From Phyllosticta citribraziliensis (lineage: Eukaryota), in NCBI RefSeq assembly GCF_038025025.1, contig NW_027117343.1, forward strand, positions 1,612,001-1,676,000: DNA of 64,000 bases. Reading direction: 5' to 3'. Below the pieces are notes generated by a model. The model had not been told where the DNA came from, searched no databases, and saw nothing but the letters and a program-made list of their open reading frames with translations. Of the stretch, positions 37,513 through 47,979 are shown piece after piece. The position numbers and the translations under genes are program-made. The stretch's first letter is position 1; every line of letters begins with the position of its first letter.

Positions 37513-38977
37513 GATGAAGAGAGGAGCGTAATCATTGAAAGGAGAATACAGCGGTGCGCGATAAGTATTTGAAGATCAGGGAGAACAGGAGTCAGACTTC
37601 AGCTTAACTCTCAGCCAAGTCTCCGTATGTCGTACAGCTTCTTGGCCAGTGAGTTGAAGATGACAGACTTATGCAGGACGGACGATACACGGACGTGCCA
37701 GCCTTATGAATGCAGTTCCAAGCCCCGACCAAGCCAATGCTTAAACAACAGCAATGTGACAACCGCGTCACCAGTAGACCAGCCTGTGGGATACTTTGCT
37801 CTTTCGACTTGTTGCGAAATGCGCGTTTGGACGAGCTCTATCGGTGTAGCCGACGTGCAGATCCATGGCTAGTGCGCCGTTCTGCAGTTCGCAGGGCTCG
37901 CTGTCACGCCCTAGACAATCAAGGTTAGAATTTGAGCCAAATTGCTGACGAGCGGACTCAGGGGCAGGGTGGTCCTAGTAAATCGTGATGCACAGGAAAA
38001 ACTTCGGGAGGGAGCGGGAAGCCCCAAATCCAAATGAGTTGGCGGGCATGAGGGGAAAATAGATGGCCGCGACATGCTTGCCTGCCTAGGCGCCAGGCGT
38101 CTACTCGGCTCTGAGAAGTTTGTCAAAGCCATCCCGCGTCAAATCTGCGCACTTGTTTGGTTGCTGTTGATATGGCAAGCTTTTGGTTGTGACTGGCACT
38201 TCGCCAGCTAACATGACGTCGACTTTCGAACGGGTTGAATCTGTCGCTCATGCAGGAAAACATTGCATTTTCCCCAGCAGCCTTGAAGCCGAGCGCTCTT
38301 CAAGTTGGCGGGCAAACGTGTTCCCCAAGTTGGACAGGGTCGAAACAGGCGGTCTGGTACGGTCGCGAGCTAGGTATATGGACTGCATTACCCTAAAGCT
38401 TCGTACCTAAGGCCAGCGCGGTGAATTGATGATTGGGCGCTCGGTTTCGCATTAGCAGAGCCTGTCCCCGCATTTCTTTCGCTGGGTGAGTGTGGGGAAG
38501 CACGGGCCGTCCCTCGGAAGGACATAGTAATCATCGAGATGGCTTGGAGGCCTCGAAATCGAAGACGGCGACGCGAAGTGTGGTGTTGAGGTTTGAGGGG
38601 TCGGATTTGGCGACGCTCGCAAAGTCCGAGCCCCGAGGATTGGTGGACGTCACGTGCCCGTCGGATTTAGCGAGTCGCCCCCACTTTGTCCAACAACCAC
38701 GACCGTTGCCGTGGCCATGATTGATGTGACACCACGACGCCCTTTTGAGGCTTCCCCGTGCGTCGCGTTCTTGCCGGACTACCGTTCTGCCGTTCACCAT
38801 GTCTGTTCGGACGTTCTCGTCGGACTTGCTCTTCTTTCGGCAGGCGGTTCGGCATGAACACCATTCGGGACCACTTCAACATGCGCGTATTTAACATGTC
38901 CAAAAGGCGGGATATCCAGCAGGGTTTCAGCTTCAGCCCTGGGTCAGCAACAATCACTGCAGCAAATCCACGCGAGA

Positions 38978-41155
38978 ATGGAAACGCTCCGCAAATCCTT
39001 TCCAGACATTGAATTTGTCAAGGTGCCACCACCAGAATGTCATCCAGCATATGCATACGCGGGCTTCAATCCATCCGAAACGATCCTGCCAAAGGGACAC
39101 GTCAGGAAGCCCGGTCGCCGTCCGTTTGGCGTTGAAACAATCTTTCAAAGAGACGCCGCGGTAAAGCTCCGCGATGGCGTAAACATCTACGTCGATGTCT
39201 TTCGACCAGCAAACACGAGCAAAGACAACAGGGTGCCAGCCGTCATTGCGTGGAGTCCGTACGGAAAGACTGGTGGAGGTCAGCTTGTGAGTTGCCAGGC
39301 ATCCTTGACCCGCTCTCATTTTCTCAGGTGTTCAGAATTATGACATGATGGGGCCATTCCGTTGCGGCTTGCCGTTGGACAAAACTTCGGGATACGAGAG
39401 TTTCGAGGTAAGCGTCTTTCGACGATTTTGTGAAAGGTCATCATTCTCATCGCTTCCAGGCGCCATGCCCTGCCGAATGGGCAGAGCGTGGCTACGCTAT
39501 TGTCAATGCGGATGCTCGCGGTGCTGGGGCTTCTGAGGGCGAAATCATGTTCTTTGGCCAACAGGTAAATGTGGTTTCACTTGCAAAAAGGATTTTCGAT
39601 ACTGAGCCTGCCTTCAGGAAGCTGAAGACATTTACGACCTCATCGACTGGCTTTCTCAGCAGTCCTGGTGCTCTGGTGTTGCCATGGCGTAAGGGTGCAC
39701 TGATTCCACGCGTCGCATTTGCTAATTGCCAAAACTCCAGGGGCAACTCATGGCTCGCGATAGCTCAAGTCAACTTCATCTCCCGTTTCCATCATCCGTC
39801 CCTGAAAGCTGTAGCTCCCTGGGAGTCTTTTACGGATTCGTACCGAGATCCCGTGGCTCGTGGAGGCATTCCGAACACGGCGATGACAAATATGATTCTC
39901 TCCTCATTTGCTGGTTGCAAGCTCTCTTATCTGCGAGCACAAGCTCCCATGCTGACTGCCACGCAGGAACAAACAGTGTCGAAAATCAGCCAGGAGCCAT
40001 TGCGCATCGACCTTTCTTCGATGATTACTGGAAGAGTAGCGTTGTTGACATCTCGAAGATGCCACGCAAAGACCTCCCTATGTATCAGACGGCGTCCTAC
40101 TCGTACGAAGAAGCCCAACATCCATTTCCCGAAAGTGTGCTTACATGCGATCAGGACTGGCCTCCACTCTCGTGGTTCCTTTGAGATTTTCGCAAAAGCC
40201 CCAACGACAAAGAAATGGCTGCGTGTACACAATACCCAAGAGTGTCAGTAAGGACCGTGGGTAAGCTGAATAATGCTGACGTCCACAGGGTACGACTTTT
40301 ATCAACCCGAGGCGAGTGACGACTTGCAGCGATTTTTCGACTTTTATTGCAAAGGTATTGAAAATGGCTGGGAAAAGGACACTCCTCCACTGCGGCTCAC
40401 GTTGCTCGGATTCAATGGCGGCATGGTAAAGTCGATCGTTGAGCGCCCTGAGCAACAGTATCCTCTTGCCCGCACCAAGAACGTCAAGTATCATCTCGAC
40501 GCTTCCGAGAAGGTGGGAAATTTTGATCCCTCTGCTCAAGAGTCCTCTGCGACTTACGATGCACACAGTCTGGAAGGCTCTTTGGTGAGTACACTTCGAA
40601 GAACGCAAAAAAGTAGCTGCTGATTTGCGCCAGGATTTTCGAATCTTCTTCAAGAGCTACACTGAACTCTCCGGGTATCCCATCGTCAAGCTTTGGATGT
40701 CATGTGCTGAAAAAGACGACATGGACGTCGCGGTGCAGCTCCGCAAAATATCCAAAACAGGCGAACCACTCGTCTCCATCAACTACCCATGTCCGGTCCC
40801 CGACGATCAAGTGCCAGACGTCAACATCGCCAAGCATCTAGGACCGCAAGGAAAGTTGCGAGCTTCTCATTCTTGCACCAAGAGCTACGTTGGCGGTCGC
40901 CCGTTCTATGCCCACAACAAGCGAGAGCCGATCGCCCCGGGCACCATTGTTCCTCTGGAGATTCCCATTTGGCCCATCGGGATGGTGTTTGCTGAGGGGG
41001 AAGGACTCATGATCAGGGTAGCCGGACACGACTTGGGCTTACCAGAGGTGGAGATGCTCAAATTGAAAGAGCCGAACGACGAAAATGTCGGTAAGCATGT
41101 TGTGCACACTGGCGGCAAGTACGACAGCTACGTGGAACTTCCAGTCCTTTCTTAG
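38978..41155 (+). CDS. CocE/NonD family serine hydrolase (peptidase S15 fold); 8 introns
   Basis: LRDGV.IY.DVFRP, WSPYGK, GYAIVNADARG.G.SEG, nucleophile elbow AMA|GNSWLA, LKAVAPWE, LH.RGSFE, H.TQE|WYD, C-terminal domain ELSGYP..KLWMS...G.LRAS...HTGG.YDSY..LP. Confidence 0.9.
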
Positions 41156-41732
41156 CTAGTCGCGCTCAGTCTTTCGTTTCTCGTCTTTCCGTGTACAGGC
41201 GCATACTTTTTGGCGATGTCCGCCGTACTCTCCAACCTCGGCCAAAAACATTGGATTTTTTTGCCTTTTTCCTTTTGATTGTGCCGTAAAACCAGCAATC
41301 CTTGACATTTCATTCCTTCGAGGAAGCAATCTGCTACAGCAAAAACTTCCGAGGCAAATGGTGTTGTTCGCATCAACCAAAAACACGTTCTGCATGACCA
41401 ACTTACCGCTTATTCACGGATATTTCCGTCTGCGTATGTCGCCTGAAGAGGGGCCACTAACAACGCTTTCCTACCAAGAAAGCCATCACTGGGAAGAGGA
41501 GGCTTACACAGACTAAGCATTGAGGGCACGCGCGGCAGGGATCGTTTCCCCAGATGACATCGTCGTACATAATGCGGGGGGCACGTCCACAGCCGAGGGT
41601 TGCGGAGATAGAGACGACTGCACGGCCGCCGGCCACCAGCAACCTGTGTATTTCAGCCTCTTGTTCGTCTCACCATGGAGCCGTCTCCCAGTTCTGCTTG
41701 CAAGTCAGTTCCTCTCCTTGACCAGCAGCGCG

Positions 41733-43605
41733 ATGCCTTTTCTCGCCAAGGAGCACATTGATGTACCTACCAAGGATCTCTTGTCTTGGTACTTTGACAA
41801 TCCGCAATTTGACCACGACGACCCGGTCTATATCGATGCCGCAAATAAGGCGCGGTCCTACACTGCGCGACAAGCTCGCGAGATAATAGAGAGGCTCTGC
41901 GCGGGCTTCAAGGCTGCCGGGCTCAAGAAAGGCGACGTCGTGTGCTTGCACTCGTTCAATGACGTAAGACGCAACCGTTGAAGACCTGAAACACTTGTGC
42001 TCACACCCACGATATAGGTAGACTATCCAGTTATTGTGAATGGCGTCGTAGCGTTCGGTGGCATCTTTTGCGGCACCAATCCGTCCTACACGCCGTACGA
42101 AATCAAACACGCCATCAAGGCGGCTCGCGTCAACTTTTTCATCGTCGAGCCCGAGCTGGTCAAGAACGTGTTGACTGCCGCTGAGGAGAGCGGCATTCCC
42201 AAGTCGAATGTTCTGGTCTTTGAGAAGCCGGGCCAGGATGTTCCGCCGGGCATGAGGTCGTGGCGTACGCTGCTGGAGCATGGGAAGTCGGATTGGGAGC
42301 GCTTCGACGATTTGGAGACGGCGAAGAACACTGATGCCGCGCGGCTATTTTCGAGCGGGACGACGGGGCTGCCGAAGGCGAGTGCAAATCAAAGGATTAT
42401 CCTGTTCTCTTGATCATGTCTAACTGCTTCCTAGGCTGCCGTGATTTCGCACTACAACTTGATTGCTCAGTATCGCATGGTCAACGACTGGAATCCAAAA
42501 CCCTTTGCTGTGAGTACTGTGACAAACCCACCAAGGAGAAACCCAAGCTAAGCGTTCTCAGCGCTCAAATCTCGTCCCCATGCCATGCTTCCACGTCGCC
42601 GTCGCGCCAGGCGTGCACTTCTCTCCACTGCGCAACGGGCGCCCCTGCTACATCATGCGGCGCTTCGAACTGGAGCCGTACCTGCGCTACATGTCCGAGT
42701 ACCGCATCACCGACATGGGCATCGTGCCGCCCATCGCCATCGTGCTCATCAACTCGCCGCACCTCACCTCCAAATACCCACTCAAGCACGTGCGCTCCGC
42801 AGCGTGCGGCGCGGCGCCGCTGGACCGCCACGCGCAGGAGCGCCTGCAGCGCCTCCTGCCCCCCGACGCGCCCATCACGCAGGTCTGGGGCATGACCGAG
42901 ACGACGTGCATCGCGACCATGGTGCCGTACCCGACCATGGACGCCACGGGCAGCGTCGGCATTCCCTGCCCATCCCTCGACCTCAAGCTCGTCGACGACG
43001 CCGGCGCCGACGTCACGGGCTACGACGTCCGCGGCGAGCTGTGCGTGCGCGGGCCCACCGTCATCCGCGGATACCTGGGCGGCGTGGGACAGGACAGCTG
43101 GGACGACGAGGGGTACTTTCATACCGGCGATATCGCGTTTTGTAAGCGTGAGAATGGGTATTGGTATATCGTTGACCGGAAAAAGGAGCTTATTAAGGTG
43201 CGCGGGTTCCAAGTCGCGCCGCCGGAGCTCGAAGCCGTCCTGCTTTCGCACCCGTCCATCGTCGACGCGGGCGTCATCGGCGTCAAGTCGTCGACGCTGC
43301 AGTCGTCGAACACCAGCACCACCATCACCTCCTCCTCTGGCGCCACAACAACCGACAACGCTACCGAGCTCCCGCGCGCCTACATCGTTCGGCGGCCCAA
43401 CGACGCGGCGGCGTCGAAGTTGTCAGTCAAGGACGTGATGAGCTACGTTGCGGAGAAGGTGGCCAGGTATAAGTGGCTGCAGGGCGGCATCGTGTTTGTG
43501 GAGGCGATTCCGAAGAATCCGAGCGGCAAGATTTTGAAGAGGGTGTTGAGGGAGTGGGCGGAGAAGGAGATGAAGACGGAGGGGAGGGCGGTGGCGAAGC
43601 TGTAA
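41733..43605 (+). CDS. 4-coumarate-CoA ligase-like / phenylacetyl-CoA-ligase-type AMP-dependent ligase, peroxisomal (PTS1 -AKL); introns 41964-42017, 42378-42434 (GC-AG), 42510-42561
   Basis: FSSGTTGLPK|AAVISHYN, QVWGMTE, GELCVRGP, YFHTGD, IVDRKKELIKVRGFQVAPPELE, IPKNPSGKILKR, C-terminal AKL. Confidence 0.93.
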
Positions 43606-45924
43606 GGGAGAGGATCGAGGATACGTCGAATGTTGTTTTTGTGCTTGGTTTGGCATTTGAGTGCTGGTGGGCTTGGTTGTGCGTGCATGCAGACTGCATT
43701 TGGATTTTGGTTACGCATTGCGAAGTTTCCAGCTTCCAGTTTCCATAATAGTTCATGGCATTGGCAGAATCTCTTGCTGTTTGGATGGTTGAGAGGAGAC
43801 ACCAGGCTCTTGCAATGTGAAAGTGAGAACAGTCCACTTCCGCATACCTACCTTAGACGCCATCACTTCATCACCCCCCTTGACCTACTCTCCTACCCAC
43901 CTTGTCCTGCGACATGACAGAAACCACAACCTCACCGCATCAAACCTCTGCTCTGTTTGTTTGGTTTAGCTCAGCTCAAGGCAAAGCAGCTAAGCCACAC
44001 CGCACCAACCTGCGTGCCGGCGGGCGGGCGGGCGGCGCGCGGCCGTCGAACCCGAAATAGATAGAGTTGAGTTGTGTGTGCAGACAGGGCAGAGCTGGAC
44101 TGGGTGGGCTGAGCTTCAAACCAGGATTGACAAGCTGGGGACATGTGCAGATGAAACGAAAAGGACGTCGATTCTTGAGGGCTGGAGAGATACCTAGGCG
44201 GGCGGAGTCGCGGAGTGGTATGCGGAGTCGCGTGTGTGTTGTACTGTTCAAGGTGTACATGCAGGTAGAGGACAGACACATGCATCCGTCAGTGGCTCAA
44301 CACGGCATACATACGTGCCTCGGCCAGGAAGTCACTGACTGTCAAAACTCCCGTCGACGACGCAGCCGTTCGGCCATCCCGAGCCCCGGCCTCCCCGGCT
44401 GCTCCGCTCATCCATCCATCCATCCATCTATCGGCGTCGCCGTGCGCTGCGCGTCTCATCGGAGACACCGAGAACTTGCCCCGCAGACGAGCCACCAAAA
44501 CGTCTTCCGTACACCGATGCACATCCACTCGCCAATCGTGTCCATCCATCCACCCACCACGCAAAAGGTAAAAGGATGCGGGAGTTGTACAGTGCGGTAG
44601 GGTACGGTTCGTAGGGCAGCAAGGCAGCAGCAGCAGCCGGTAAGGTAGGCTCACAGGTAGCAGACGCAGATATCCACCTTGTCTGCGGTAAGGTAAGGAT
44701 GTGGAGACGGGAGGGAGGGAGGGATGACAGCCGCGGGAAGCGCCCGCTCGTTTGCTTTTACTCTGCGGTAGGCTGCACGACGAGAGCAGGCAAAGAAAGG
44801 CAAAGCCAATCGTCCATCTGAATGCATGCGCGGCGGTCAGTGTTCGCATTACGTCGATGCTGTAGGACCTGGTAGAGACACCCGACGCCCGGAGGTGAGA
44901 TTCAAATCAGTCAAATACGTCCGTCCAACGTGCATTTATCTACACACTATACAGCCGACAGTCCTCCTGCCTGCACCACATACATGGCAAGTCCCGCGTG
45001 CGAGGCTGGATGAATGGATGTGGTATGGCGTCCAGTCCAATCCAGCACCAACGAGCGGTGTGGTGTGGTGTGGTGTGGCTGAAGCAAGCCCACAAGCCCG
45101 CAAGCCCATCTCACCCACACCACCGAACCCCGGACCGGGTGTGGATGCGATGCGGCGCAATGCCAGACGTCATGGACGACACGGGGGCAGCACGGCAGCG
45201 CTGACGGGCGGCGCGCCACACGCGCCATCTCTTCCGAAAAGGGGGCATGCAGTACGTAGGCACGGCGAAGAAACGCGGCGGGACGCAGCACTGGCGGTCG
45301 AAGCGGTTGAGGTGATGGAAACAATGGAAGTGTTGGAAAGGCCGACATGAAAAAGAACAGAAGAAGTCGACGACCAGCGCGACGAGCAGCTTTCTGTCGC
45401 TTTGGCATTAAACGGGATCTATCTTGTGATGGATGTGCTGCAGTACAACTACCACCTCCCTCCTACTGGTACAGAACAAACAGTCTTTTTGCTTTGCTTT
45501 GCTGTGCAAGAATGGTTGCGGACAGGGACAGGGACGTGACGTGCCGGCCCATGATTAAGTGCGGTGGAAGAGAAAGGTAGGCAGGTAGGCAAGTGGTGAC
45601 GAACCACTCAAGATGGCCAACGAAAGGCCGGAAAAGTTCCGCCTATGTATGGCGTGCATGCGTGGTGAGGCAGTTGGGTAGGTAGGTATGAGAGGGCTTC
45701 CAATCCGTCTCTTCTACTCACGCTTCGCTTCGCTTCGCTTCGGCCGCCAACGCCAGTGCACGTCGTGGACGTGCAGAAATGACAGCATTACAGTATCCAG
45801 AAAACATGAGCAACAATGCCGCCCAACAACTTTGAAGAAAAACGCCAATTGAGATGCGATGGAAGGAGTCGCCGAGGGAACATGTGTGCAAGAAGCGAAT
45901 GAAGTCTAATGGCTTGCCGCGTTT

Positions 45925-47047
45925 TCAACCGGCAATCAGAACCCAGAGGAGGAAGACTAGAGAGAGGTCAGTTAGATCTTTTACCAGACGGGCAAAGCGA
46001 ACAGAACTTACAGATCATGAGAACGCCAAACATTTTGGCAACCAACCACCGGTTGCCGCTGACGCGATTCCAGTACTTCATCAGCTCGCGCTGTGCGCCC
46101 TGTACATTGTCCACCACGTCCTCTGTGTTGGCGTCTATGCGTTGAATCATCTCGCTCTGCTCCGACACCATTTGCGCGAGCTGTCCGAATATGCCTCCGA
46201 GCTCGGAAATGGTGCGTTCGATAGCCTCAATTGCCTCGCCACGCTGGTTGATGTACGTGTTTGTGGGCTGCGCTTCCTCCATCAGCAGCAGCTGCTGATC
46301 CGAGGCCGGCCCGCCTCTACCGCCGCCCATGAGCGCCGACGACCCGGAACCATTGGGTTCGAGTGAGAGCAAGTCTTGTTGAGCGGCATTCGTGTTTTGG
46401 AGACCGGGCTTCGGGCTGCGCCCACGGGAGGGGGTCTGGTAGAGTGGAGAATCCGTGCGGCCGGGCTCGAGTGTGGATTGTTGGGCCTGGGAGGAGACGG
46501 AGGAGACAAAGTTCTCGGTGCGGGATTTGGAAGCCTGGATGTTTTTGGTGCGCAGCTCGAGGACCTCCTTGAACGACAGGCCGACGTCGGCGATGCGGCC
46601 TTGCAGCAGGAGCAGCACGTTCCTGTTGTGTTCGCCTTGCTGGTCCGCCGACGAGTTCTTTGTTGCCGGATGTTGCGAGGCCGACAGGGCCTGTAGTTGC
46701 TTGATGCTGTTGTTGAGCTGGGCGAGGTCTTGCTTGATGACGTAGGTCAACTCGGCAATCTCGACGGGTCGGTCGTCGAACAGCGTCTTGCGGCGAGCCA
46801 GCTGGGCCAGGCGCTCTAGTTTGGCCATGGCGCCAGATATGCCGCGGCCAATCTCGGCGGCCTTGCGCGCAAACTCGGAGCGCTGCTTCTGGGGGGACGT
46901 GGCGGAACCATTTGCGGCGGCTTGCTGGGAGGCGGAGAGGAGCGACTGGCGCTGGGCGCTGGCTTTTGAGGTTGCGACGCGGCGTTGGGCCTGTTGCAGG
47001 ATGGAGCGGAATTCGGGGGTGCGGTCTTGGATCGAGGCTGCGGCCAT
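45925..47047 (-). CDS. SED5: cis-Golgi syntaxin Sed5; intron 45957-46011
   Basis: N-peptide IQDRTPEF, RSEFARKA..I, LARRKTLFDDRPVEI.ELTYVIKQD, SNARE motif IERTISELGGIF.QLA.MVSEQ.EMIQRID, spliced TM tail FGVLMI|FFLLWVLIAG*. Confidence 0.95.
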
Positions 47048-47979
47048 GGCGGGCGGACAGCGGGAGACGGAGGGAGCGGCGGGGGCGGACGTTGGAGAGG
47101 GCCAGTCGCTGGAGTTGGAGACGGCGAGAGAGATGGGAGATGGGAGATGGTGGTGTGGACGGAGACGATGGGAGACTGGAGGTTGTATGGAGCCAAGGCG
47201 GCCAAGGGCGAGAGTTAGCAAGGGAGAGGCGAGGCCAGGCGAAGGCGATTGTTGGGTTGGCGAGTCAGAGGGATGGATGGCGCGGGCGGTGACGGTGGTA
47301 CAAGAGTTGAGGATGTCTGGTCGCAGAGGAGAGGAGATGATGATGGTGGTGATGATGATGATGAGGATACGTACTGCCGTGTACTGTACTGGAGTTGGCT
47401 GCGTCAGCTCCTGCGCCATCCATGATTTGACTGGCCATCAGCCCCGCCTGCGCCTTCGCCCGCGCCGACTTCTCTTCGACTGTCCACCATCGCCCCCTGG
47501 GCTGCCCTCTGCCCTCTACCTCTCCTTGTCCCCCTCTCTCCCATCACCCTCCCTCTTATCTTCGCGACCTCTTCGACTGCAGGCCTGTCGGACCGAGCGT
47601 TTGACCTGACCTGACTTGACCTGACCCGACCCGACCTGACCTCAGCTGTGCCGGCCTCATCCCCGTCTAGTCTCACGGCCCGCTGTCAACACCAGATTCA
47701 CCCTCCACTCGCCTCGGCCTCACTGCTGCACCGCGAACAAACGACTGTCGACCCTCGCCCCGTCCCGCTCTCCTACGGGCTGAAGAGCGCCTTCTTCCCT
47801 GACTCGCGCCCCGGTCGTGCCGCATTCCTCGCGCGCGTCACCAGGGTCCCCCCTCGTTCGCCCTCCAACCAGTCAACCGCATCGCTCGCGCGAAGACCAA
47901 TGTCTGGCCCCGATCTTTACTCTTGAGCCTTCTCCTCCTCTCCCACTCCGATTCCGAGCTCGCTGGCTGTCCATCCGCC

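Noticed and set aside
38978..41155. Apparent frameshifts suggesting the CocE gene is a pseudogene
   Set aside because: All breaks are resolved by eight GT-AG introns that restore conserved motifs.
29887..43605. Classical secondary-metabolite BGC
   Set aside because: No PKS, NRPS, terpene synthase, DMATS or repeat-containing RiPP precursor in the window; retained only as a catabolic or tailoring cluster hypothesis.
47048..47419. 124-aa N-terminal extension of Sed5 in the ORF track
   Set aside because: Low-complexity pyrimidine-rich leader; the conserved Sed5 N-peptide begins at the ATG at 47047.
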